From: Octopus bimaculoides
Lineage: Eukaryota
Direction: 5' to 3'
Assembly (NCBI RefSeq): GCF_001194135.2
Contig: NC_068982.1
Coordinates: 86,296,416-86,338,932 of the forward strand
DNA: 42,517 bases
Part shown: in pieces, positions 1-9,904 of the stretch
Layout: the number at the start of each line of letters is the position of its first letter
How positions within the stretch are numbered: the stretch's first letter is position 1
Notes under the pieces: model-generated
Databases searched by the model: none
What the model saw: the letters and a program-made list of their open reading frames with translations, nothing else
Told to the model about the DNA's origin: nothing
Program-made: the position numbers and the translations under genes

Positions 1-48
1 AGAAGAAGAAGAAGAAGAAGAAGAAGAAGAAGAAGAAGAAGAAGAAGA
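1..48. repeat. (GAA)n microsatellite
   Basis: Uninterrupted agaagaagaa... run from the window start. Confidence 0.97.
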
Positions 49-300
49 GCAGGCCCTCCCCAAACCACTGTTCTATCGGGGATGGCTAGGATTTTGTGAA
101 TTGTGTTCGGGTGCTGTTTCTTCCGCGAGAACTTAGCATACAAGTATCAAAGCTTATAATTTGCGGAAAGAGACTTTGTCCGCTCTTACAGAATCAACCT
201 GGCTTAAGAAGACGATGAACTCTGAGAAGTAAAATAATAATAAGAAGAAGAACAATAATATCATCATCTGCGTCACCATCATCACATTTTAATAATAATA

Positions 301-778
301 ATAATAATAGTTAAATACTACGATTTTTCTCCTAAGCCTGTCTACCTATGTGGAGATTAAACTTCATTTGCACAAAGTTTGTGCACAGCATCCTTCATAT
401 ATTTAACAATAATTTTCCTAATATCATTCCCTTTATTTATTATGACATTCATGAAACAACAGCTTGTTCTCTCTTGAATCAATCAGCTAAGTTTTTATTA
501 TTATTGAAATGTAACTTAGTCAATGAATCTAGGTTTCCTCCTCCTTTCACTATCTCAATTGCAAAGGTCACATGTATTTCATTTCAATTTCAGTTAGCCT
601 CCCTTTCTCATTGCAAAATGTTTATACTATAAATTTGCTGATTAAAATGTACATGTAAGTTAATTTAGTATTAATAGTAAATGATGATAATAATAGTTAA
701 ATACTACGACTTTTCTCCTAAGCCCATCTACCTATGTGGGAACTGGCCTTGTTTGCACAAGGTCAGTGCACGGCATCC
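301..778. repeat. Pair of ~90-bp direct repeats (301-393 and 687-778), each starting in an (AAT)n run
   Basis: ataataatagttaaatactacga(t/c)ttttctcctaagcc..tctacctatgtgg occurs at 301-353 and 687-739. Similarity continues through tttgcacaa.gt..gtgcac.gcatcc. Confidence 0.85.
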
Positions 779-1169
779 ATTTTTTGCACACCATTATGCC
801 CAGCCACCCACCATTCCCCACCACCATCATCTTAATTCATACATGAACTGTTTCACTTGGTGACTCATATAATCCTTTTGTGCTGTGTGGGAGTACATAT
901 TTTACTTATACCTTATACCTTCATGCAGGCACTCAGATGAGTGTCGTATACAGTTAAAAGTACCTCATATATAAACATTTAGACATACAATACTTAAACC
1001 ATCCTTTGTAGTCACCCTTTCTTCTCTTACAGGTCAACTTACATTCCCTATTCTCATACCCTCTTCATCTCCTGTTGGCTCCTGTTTTGGATAATGTATT
1101 GAATGGGGAAACTGATTCATTGTAATTCACTGAATAAACTATGTACCAAAGCTCTATGCTAGCTGGCAA

Positions 1170-2450
1170 GTGTTTGCGAGATGTAGTTTGGTTTTGTACC
1201 TAGGAAGAGTACCACAGATGCCATCTTCCTAGTGAGATAGCTGTAAGAAAAGTACTTGACCAAAAGTGAGCCAGTGTAGTTAGACTTTGTCAAACTGGAG
1301 AAAGCTTTCAACAGAGTTTCCTGTTCTGTTATCTGGTGGTCTCTAAGGAAGCTTGGAGTAGAAGAGCAGCTTATTAGATCTGTACAGACCATGTATGGTG
1401 GTGCTGTCAGTAAGGTGGCTAGGAATACAATGATGAATTTAGTGTACAAGTAGGGGTTCACCGATGCTCAGTCCTCACTTTTATTCATTATAGTTCTCCA
1501 GGCCTTAACAGAGGAATCTAAAACTGGATGCCCATTGGAACTACTATATGCTGATGACCTCACTCTTATTGCAGAATTTTTAGCAGAATTAGAGAAGAAA
1601 TTCCAGGTATGGAAGCAAAGCCTGAAATCAAAAGTTCTTAAAGTTAACCTAGCAAAGACTAAAGTTGTTGTTAGGCCCTGCCCAATATGTAGGAAATGAG
1701 ATGGAAAAAATTCCATTCACTGCACTCAGTGTAAGCTATGGACAAATAAGAGGTGCAGTGGAATCGAAGGTAGATTAATAGATAAAGTCATCTTTGTATG
1801 TGGCAGATGTGCAGGAAAAATAAGCACTAAGAGTACAGATACTCTCAAATGCCCAGTAAGCTCTCTTGAGGTTATAGCTAGTTTCTGTTACCTAGGTGAC
1901 AAAATTAACAATGGTGGAGGTTGTTTTGAAAGTATTGTTTCTAGAATAATAATAGGATGGAGGAAGTTCAGAGAGATATTACTTTTGTTGGCAGCAAAAG
2001 GACTCTCTCTCAGAGTGAAAGGTAGATTGTATGATGTTTGTGTGTAAACAGCTATAATCCATGGTAGTGAGACATGGGCTCTGAATGCAGAAGACATGTA
2101 GACTGGAGAGAAATGAAAGCAGTATGCTCCATTGGAGGTGCAACATCAGTGTGTATGTATGATAAAGTGCAACCACATTGAGAAAAAAGTTGGGCATAAG
2201 AGGAATCAAATGCAGCATGCAAGAGAGATTACATTAGTTTGGACATATGATGCGTATGAATGAGAACAGCTGCATAAAGAAGTGCTGATCACTGGAGGTA
2301 GATGGTACCCGTAGAAGAGGTAGACCCAGGAAGACATGGGACGAAGTGGTAAGGACCGATCTCAGGATGTTGGGCCTAATGGAAGAAATGACAATGGACC
2401 AAGATGTCTGGTGATATGAGGTTCTTGAGAAGACCCACTCACATCAGTAA
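1170..2450 (+). mobile_element. RTE-clade non-LTR retrotransposon ORF2 remnant (RT core, PHD-type finger, C-terminus); 5'-truncated and decayed
   Basis: Translation across stops and frameshifts gives FGFVPRKSTTDAIFLVR, FVKLEKAFNRV, LLYADDL (YADD 1547-1558), KVNLAKTKV, FCYLGD, HGSETWALNAED, FGHMMRM and RGRPRKTWDEVV, all typical RTE ORF2 motifs. Confidence 0.93.
1679..1810 (+). other. PHD-type (C4HC3) zinc-finger coding segment inside RTE ORF2
   Basis: CPIC-x10-CTQC-x4-N(H)-x2-C-x14-CGRC. The sister copy at 8135-8209 (-) reads LWTHKRC...CGRC and supplies the His. Confidence 0.8.
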
Positions 2451-2904
2451 AATTGAGTTCTAATAGTGCTGTGTGTTCCACCCACTCGTAACAAAAAAAC
2501 CTTTCTCACACCCTCCTTCAACAAAGCAAACTACATCTCTTCTCTTCCTCACATATCCTCTTTCATGCACTTTGCTTACCTTTCACTCTCCAATCTTATC
2601 CTCTTGGGCCTGTTTCACTGTATCATTGCTATCCACTAGCCCCCGATCTGTGTGTTACACAAACCAAACTACATCGCTACATCTCAACTCTTCTCTTCCT
2701 CACATTTCCTCCTTCATGCTCTATGCTTACCTCTTCATGCTCTTTGCTTGCTTACCTCTCAATGCCCTCACATCCCTGTTTCTCTGTATCATTGCGATCC
2801 AGTAGCCCTCTCCTCTATATACCCAGGTCTTCACCACTCACTGCATTTAAGAACGTTATCCTTCCCATCTTGATCTGCGATACGTACGGACCCGAGTTTC
2901 AGGG

Positions 2905-3004
2905 NNNNNNNNNNNNNNNNNNNNNNNNNNNNNNNNNNNNNNNNNNNNNNNNNNNNNNNNNNNNNNNNNNNNNNNNNNNNNNNNNNNNNNNNNNNNNNNN
3001 NNNN
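2905..3004. other. Assembly gap
   Basis: 100 N. Confidence 1.
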
Positions 3005-4279
3005 TGGCTAGAAAAATACCCCAATGAGGTCCCGGAAAGAATAAAAAAAGAATTTATCATCGAAGGCCTTAAGTTTATCCTCCAAAATAACTTCTTAACT
3101 TTTAATAATATCTGCAGACAGGAATCAAGGACTGCAATGATTACTAAAGTTACCCCAACTCATGCCAATCTGGTGATGGCCTACCTAGAGCTACAAATCG
3201 ATGAACAAGCCAAATCAAAATACAGCCCATCTTTCCACAAATACCTGTTGGAGAACTGGAAACACTACTTGGATGAGTGCCTCATCCTATGGTCTCACAC
3301 ATTCGACTAACTCAATGAATTCAAAAGTTTAATCAAGTGTCAAAAACTATATCCAATTTACAATGGAATATAGTCAAGACCAACTTCCATTTCTCGACAT
3401 TCTTATTATAAAAAAAGCACAAACATTGAAACTGATATCCACTACAAAGCAACTGATTCCAAACAATACCGCCTGTTCACCTCCAATCACCCAAATCACA
3501 CAAAGACAAACAACCCATTCAATCTAGCAAGAAGAATCTTAAATTTTAGTATGCGAAATAACTCCAAGAACTAAAGGCAATTCTTCTCGAAAGATAGTAC
3601 TCAGCATCATTAGTTGACAATGGAATAGAACAGGCCAAGACAATCGATATCCAAGACTTATGAAAACTGAAACACCCTCAAGGTACATTAAATAGTTTTC
3701 CATATCTCTCAATACACAATCCAAGAAATACAGAAGCTTACATGATTATATACAAGAACATCCCACTACTGAGTCAAGACCCATGTCTAAAAAAATCACT
3801 TGAAACCTATAAAATAATAAAAAGCAAGAGACAATCCAAACTTACTCACCAATGCAAAATTACCCAACACAAGCCCAACACCCACCATCAAAAAATGTGG
3901 TAGATCTAACTGCAGGACTTGCATCCACCTCATTGAATGTACATTATACAAATTCCAGTCAGGACACATTTTTGTTATAAAAAATAACTTCACTTGCGCA
4001 TCAAAGAATTTACTTTATGCTATTAGGTAGGAAGGGTGCCACAAGGACTACACAGGGCAGACTAGTCTTACCCTCAGAGATAGCATAACAGTCCACTGCC
4101 AACAACTGAGGGACCCCACCACAAGACACATACCACTTAGATATCTGTCCACAAAGCAAGTCTCCCAAATTCCTAGTTTTCCCACTATATCAATGCCCAG
4201 ACAACACCACTGACCTACATGAATAAATAAGGAAAATATACTTATTAAAAAATACAGACCACAACTCAACATACTCTAA
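3005..4279 (+). mobile_element. Penelope-like element (RT plus C-terminal GIY-YIG endonuclease, Neptune-like linker knuckle), decayed
   Basis: TAMITKVTPTHANLVMAYLE (GTAMG..APTYANL motif), WKHYLDECLILW, FTMEYSQDQLPFLDI, TDIHYKATDSKQY, PFNLARRI, KCGRSNCRTC, FTCASKNLLYAI..GCHKDYTGQT, ending KYRPQLNIL* (TAA 4277-4279). Confidence 0.9.
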
Positions 4280-4289
4280 CATACCCCTC

Positions 4290-5410
4290 AGGTATGATCC
4301 ACAACAAGTACACACAGAAACACACACAGATGTACAAACACACAAACAAATACAATGCAAACCTCCCACACAAACGCACACATACATATACACAAACGCA
4401 CAAACACAATATCACCATGCTCGAGCACAAACCCACAAACATTCCAAGAAAAAACACATACATATATACACATGCAATACAATTCTAACAATAACAACCA
4501 ACACTCACGGACACACACACGTATGTAAACACGTACATGCACACACCTACCTGACAATTACAAGACACACACACAAACACACCCACAAACACACCCACCA
4601 ATACACACACATACATACACACATATGTACACACAGACATATATACATGCAATACAATCCCAACAAACATTCACAGACACAATAACACGCACAACCCTAA
4701 CAAATACAAGATACATAGACACACTCAAACACAACCACATGTATACACACACACTGCACAAACAACATAAACAAAACACTCACAATAATATACCCAAACA
4801 TATGCATGCACTACACAGAATAATAACATACACACCTGCACTCACATGTACACACACACACTTTGCCACAACAAATATAGCACACACACAAACATACACA
4901 CACACAGACACACACACACACACACGAACAAACACATACACACGTGCACACACACACACACACTTATGTAAACACATACATGCACACACCTACACAAACC
5001 GCCCTGACAATTATGAGACACTCACACAAAGACACCCACACGTATACATGCACACTGCACAAACAATACAAATAAAACACTCATAATAATACACCCAAAC
5101 ATATGCACACACTACACAATAACATACACTTGCACTCACACGTACACACACACTTCACCACAACAAATACTGCACACACACACACACAAACATACACATG
5201 CAGACGCACACATACACACACACATGAAAAACATATACACACATGCATGCACACATATACACGCATCATCCTGCTAAATATAAAACACACACATACACAA
5301 ACCCATACACACCCACACTCTAAGACCAATCAAAACACCCACACACAAACACAAATATATACACACACACACACATAGAAACATGCACAGAGACACATAC
5401 ACACACACAC
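4290..5410. repeat. Degenerate CA-rich satellite with internal higher-order duplications
   Basis: About 1.1 kb of imperfect (CA)n. 4741-4900 resembles 5042-5197, and 4522-4560 resembles 4965-5012. Confidence 0.9.
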
Positions 5411-5876
5411 CATTTTGAACTCTAAGACCAGTCCCAAAAACTACTGCACCATGACAGACTAGTCCAAAAACAAAAAAAAAATCCTTTTGATTTCACAATG
5501 CTCTCTCCCACCAACCTCACACACTATGTCTAAAAATAGTAAACATTTCTCATACACACACTACAAGACAGAAGGTTGGTCATTCCCCAAAAATTCTGCA
5601 TAAATACTTAAATATATTTCCTTCTGTATATATGCTGCTTATACAACCATGATTTTTGATCAACTTAAAATAATTATAAATTTATTTTATTACCTATTTT
5701 GAACACTTTCATGCAAACTGTTTAAACAAAAAGCCCCTCTTAACATTTTCTTATCATTGTCAAAGATTCTATTTTTTAACATTTTCTTATCATTATCATA
5801 GACTGTATAACTATTTCAATACAATTATGATAACCATTTTTTAACACAGCAAAGCTTATACAAAACTTTACATTTT

Positions 5877-5919
5877 ACTTTTGACAAACGCTTTTTAAAA
5901 AAAGTGAAACCAGTCACGT
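5877..5919 (+). ncRNA. Degenerate type I hammerhead-ribozyme motif (Penelope pseudo-LTR type)
   Basis: ACTT-TTGACAA-A-CGCTTTTT/AAAAAAAGT-GAAA-CCAGT-C-ACGT followed by AATAAA (5921-5926). It differs from CTGACGA..GCGAAACCGGTC mainly by CpG-type transitions. Confidence 0.5.
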
Positions 5920-6047
5920 CAATAAATATCTTTAAAAGACCTCTGCATTTTCAAACCTTTCCTATATATTTTCACTTGTGCGGTACCTTGCAAGTTTACT
6001 TTGTTATATATACATGTATATATGCATATATATTTACACATGTGTAT

Positions 6048-7242
6048 ATCATCATCATCGTTTAATGTCTACTTTCCATGTTGGCATGAGCTGGACGGCT
6101 TGACTGAGGACTGGTGAGCCAGAGGTTGCACCAGGCTCAATCTGGTCTGGCAAAGTTTCTTCAGCTGGATGCCTTTCCTAATGCCAACCACTCCAACAGT
6201 ATAGTGGGTGCTTTTTATGTGCCACCAGCACGAGGAACAATCAGGCGGTCCTGGCAACGACCACACTCACAAAGTGTTTTTACGTGCTACCTCCACGGGA
6301 GCCACTTCGGCAGCACTGGCAACGACCATGTTCGAATGTTGTTTTTCATATGCCACCAGCACATGTGCCGGTAAGGCGACACTGGCAACCATCATGCTCG
6401 AATGGTGTTTTTCACGTGTCATCGGCATGGGATCCAAACCGTAGCCCTGGCAACAACCACGCCCGTATGTTTTTTTAACATACCACTGGCACAAATGCCA
6501 ATCAGGCAGTACTGTCATCAGCCATGTCAGCAATTTTTGTTTACACTTGCCTCAACAGGTCTTCGCAAGCAAAGTTCATTGTCCAATGAATGAAGGGTAC
6601 TCATAAGTGGCCTGATTACACCCCACGTTCGGTTGTGCTTTTAACGTTCCACTGGCACAAGTGCCAATCAGGTGCTACCATCATCAGCCAAGTCGACAAT
6701 TATGATTTTGATTTCATTTGCCTCAATAGATCTTCGCAAGCAAGATTTAGTGTCAAATGAATGAGGGGTATTTATAAATACATAAATGGTCTGGTTACAC
6801 CCACTGGCAAGGGTCATGGGCTATGGTCTTACTTGGCTTGTCAGGTCTTCTCAAGCACAGCATATCTCCAAACATCCCAGTCACTACTAATTGCATCGGT
6901 GAGGCCCAATGTTCGAAGGTCATGCTTCACCACCTCATCCCAGGTTTTCCTGGGTCTACCTCTTCCACAAGTTCCCTCAACCGCTAGGGTGTGGCACTTT
7001 TTAACTCATTGATTCGCAACACATGACGATACCAGTGCAGTCATCTCTCTTGCACACATCTGATGCTTCTTAAATCTAACTTTTCTCTCAGGGTGCTTAC
7101 ACTCTGTCGCGTATGCACACTGACATTACACATCCATCAGAGCATACTTGCTTCATTCCTTGCAAGCTTATGCATGTCCTCAGCAGTCATGGTCCAGGTT
7201 TCACTGCCATATAGCATGGCAGTTCGCACACATGCGTCATAC
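6048..7242 (-). mobile_element. RTE-clade LINE 3' fragment (copy A): ORF2 C-terminus, long 3' UTR, (GAT)n tail
   Basis: The minus strand encodes YDACVRTAMLYGSETWTMTAEDM..LREKLDLRSIRCVQER..RGRPRKTWDEVVKHDL..YAVLEKT* (about 6843-7242). The (ATC)4 at 6048-6059 on + is the tail. Confidence 0.92.
6207..6534 (-). repeat. Five tandem 65-66-bp units in the RTE 3' UTR
   Basis: On +, units start at 6207, 6273, 6338, 6404 and 6469. Conserved blocks G(G/T)TGYTTTT..RTGCCACYRGCAYR and CTGGCAACRAYCAYGYTCGAAT flank a more variable 17-18-bp segment. Confidence 0.9.
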
Positions 7243-8209
7243 TCGCTCAAATATTTTTTCACATGCCACCAGCACAAGAACCAGTGAAGCGACGCTAGTA
7301 GCGATCACGCTCGAATGGTGCTTTTTATGTGCCACTGGCATGGAAGCCAGTCAGCTGCTCTGGCAACGATCATGGTCGGATGGTGCTCTAGCGCTCCACT
7401 GGCACGGGTGCCAGTCATCGATTTCGATTTCACTTGCCTCAAGCACAGTTTAGGAAAGGTAAGCATAAGTGGGCTGGTTACACCCCTGGCATAACCCACG
7501 GGTTATGGTCTCAAAGCATATTTTCAAAGGTCTCAGTCACTAGTCGTTGTCTCGGTGAAGCCTAATGTTCGAAGATTGTGCTTCACCAACTCATCCCAGG
7601 TCTTCCTGGGTCTACCTCTTCAACAGGTTCCCTCAACCGCTAGGGTGTGGCACTTTTTCACACAGCTATCCTCATCCATTCATACCACATGACCATACCA
7701 GCACAGTCGTCTCTTGCACACCACATCTGATTCTTCTTCGGTCTAACTTTTCTCTCAAGGTACTTACACTCTGTCAAGTATGCACACTGACATTACACAT
7801 CCAGCGGAGCATACTAGCTTTAAACCTTGCAAGCTTACACATCCTCAGCAGTCACGGCCCATGTTTCACTGCCATGTAGCATGGCTGTTTGTACACATGC
7901 GTCATACAGTTTACCTTTTACTCTGAGCGAGACACCCTTTGTCACCAACAGAGGTAGAAGCTCTCTGAACTTTGCCAAAGCTATTCTTATTCTAGCAGCT
8001 ACACTTTCAGTACACCCATCCCTGCTACTGACTTGGTCACCTAGGTAATGGAAGCTATCAACTACTTCTAGTTTTTCTCCTTGGAATGTGGCAGAAGCTG
8101 TTTTCTGCACATTTTCAATGTTTATTGCTCCTGAACATCTGCCACATACAAAAACTATCTTCCTAGTTAACCTTCCTTTGATATTGCTGCACCTCTTATG
8201 TGTCCATAG
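7243..8209 (-). mobile_element. RTE-clade LINE fragment (copy B), directly abutting copy A
   Basis: LWTHKRCSNIKGRLTRKIVFVCGRC, LEVVDSFHYLGDQV, KLYDACVQTAMLHGSETWAVTAED and RGRPRKTWDELVKHNL. About three further 66-bp-type units lie at 7243-7416. Confidence 0.92.
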
Positions 8210-8625
8210 GTTACGTAAATTTCATCCATCTATTTGGCTATAGAAATGCTTGTGCAAAACAACTTTTTGCGCTGCCCTGATTATACATAGCAGGGTAATC
8301 ACTTTTCGCAGGAGCTAGGACGGCAATTTGTGATGAAGCAATTGCTGGCAATTTTTTTTGCTAGTTTAGCCAGAATTCTATCAGATTGGGCAGAAGATGT
8401 TGATGCATCATTTTGCATTATGTTCAAAGTAGCTTCTGGAATGTGGTGAATTGCTGCACTCTGTTGCTGTCATTTTAAACCAGTTGCTGTCTTTCCCCAG
8501 CAAACTCTCTTCTTTGGAGGTATAATCTATGTATATATTAAACAGAACAACAAAAGTTATAATAGATGGCAGGGTCGATACTTTTCACATATCTGTCATT
8601 TTTCAGATTAACACCCGCACGATTA

Positions 8626-8763
8626 CCCAACCCTAATCCTAACACTAACCCTAAATCCTAACCCTAAAACCCTAACCCTGACCCTAAAACCGTAACTATA
8701 ACACTAATCCTAACCCTAACCGTAACCCTATCCCTAAACCCTAACCCTGACCCTAAAACCCTA
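8626..8763. repeat. Degenerate telomere-like (CCCTAA)n tract
   Basis: ccctaa/ccctga/ccgtaa/ccctaaaa variants. The block aaccctaaccctgaccctaaaacc occurs twice. Confidence 0.85.
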
Positions 8764-8914
8764 GTGAAAATCGTGGTATATTTACAAAACATTGACGAAC
8801 ATGAGTAATATTTTACTGAATGATTGTGTACTTGCACGTGTATGCGTTTGAGAGCAAGAGAGGAAGAGGTAGAGAGAGGGGGAGAAAGGAATAGAGGTAG
8901 TTAAAAGTTTTCTT

Positions 8915-9861
8915 NNNNNNNNNNNNNNNNNNNNNNNNNNNNNNNNNNNNNNNNNNNNNNNNNNNNNNNNNNNNNNNNNNNNNNNNNNNNNNNNNNNNNN
9001 NNNNNNNNNNNNNNNNNNNNNNNNNNNNNNNNNNNNNNNNNNNNNNNNNNNNNNNNNNNNNNNNNNNNNNNNNNNNNNNNNNNNNNNNNNNNNNNNNNNN
9101 NNNNNNNNNNNNNNNNNNNNNNNNNNNNNNNNNNNNNNNNNNNNNNNNNNNNNNNNNNNNNNNNNNNNNNNNNNNNNNNNNNNNNNNNNNNNNNNNNNNN
9201 NNNNNNNNNNNNNNNNNNNNNNNNNNNNNNNNNNNNNNNNNNNNNNNNNNNNNNNNNNNNNNNNNNNNNNNNNNNNNNNNNNNNNNNNNNNNNNNNNNNN
9301 NNNNNNNNNNNNNNNNNNNNNNNNNNNNNNNNNNNNNNNNNNNNNNNNNNNNNNNNNNNNNNNNNNNNNNNNNNNNNNNNNNNNNNNNNNNNNNNNNNNN
9401 NNNNNNNNNNNNNNNNNNNNNNNNNNNNNNNNNNNNNNNNNNNNNNNNNNNNNNNNNNNNNNNNNNNNNNNNNNNNNNNNNNNNNNNNNNNNNNNNNNNN
9501 NNNNNNNNNNNNNNNNNNNNNNNNNNNNNNNNNNNNNNNNNNNNNNNNNNNNNNNNNNNNNNNNNNNNNNNNNNNNNNNNNNNNNNNNNNNNNNNNNNNN
9601 NNNNNNNNNNNNNNNNNNNNNNNNNNNNNNNNNNNNNNNNNNNNNNNNNNNNNNNNNNNNNNNNNNNNNNNNNNNNNNNNNNNNNNNNNNNNNNNNNNNN
9701 NNNNNNNNNNNNNNNNNNNNNNNNNNNNNNNNNNNNNNNNNNNNNNNNNNNNNNNNNNNNNNNNNNNNNNNNNNNNNNNNNNNNNNNNNNNNNNNNNNNN
9801 NNNNNNNNNNNNNNNNNNNNNNNNNNNNNNNNNNNNNNNNNNNNNNNNNNNNNNNNNNNNN
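8915..9861. other. Assembly gap
   Basis: Run of N, followed by (AT)n at 9862-9896. Confidence 1.
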
Positions 9862-9900
<39 letters not shown>

Positions 9901-9904
9901 GAAA

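Noticed and set aside
4266-5378. His/Thr- and Val/Cys-rich ORFs
   Set aside because: Translations of CA/GT microsatellite. The same applies to ORFs at 27941-28335, 31948-32388 and 42144-42424.
6207-6534. CRISPR array
   Set aside because: The variable segments are short and share a consensus, the array lies inside a eukaryotic LINE 3' UTR, and there are no cas genes.
8230-8520. Protein-like minus-strand stretch (QSAAIHHIPEATLNIMQNDAS..)
   Set aside because: No recognisable family, stops in all frames nearby, and no convincing splice pair.
8626-8763. True telomere or chromosome end
   Set aside because: Short, degenerate and internal, with ordinary sequence on both sides.
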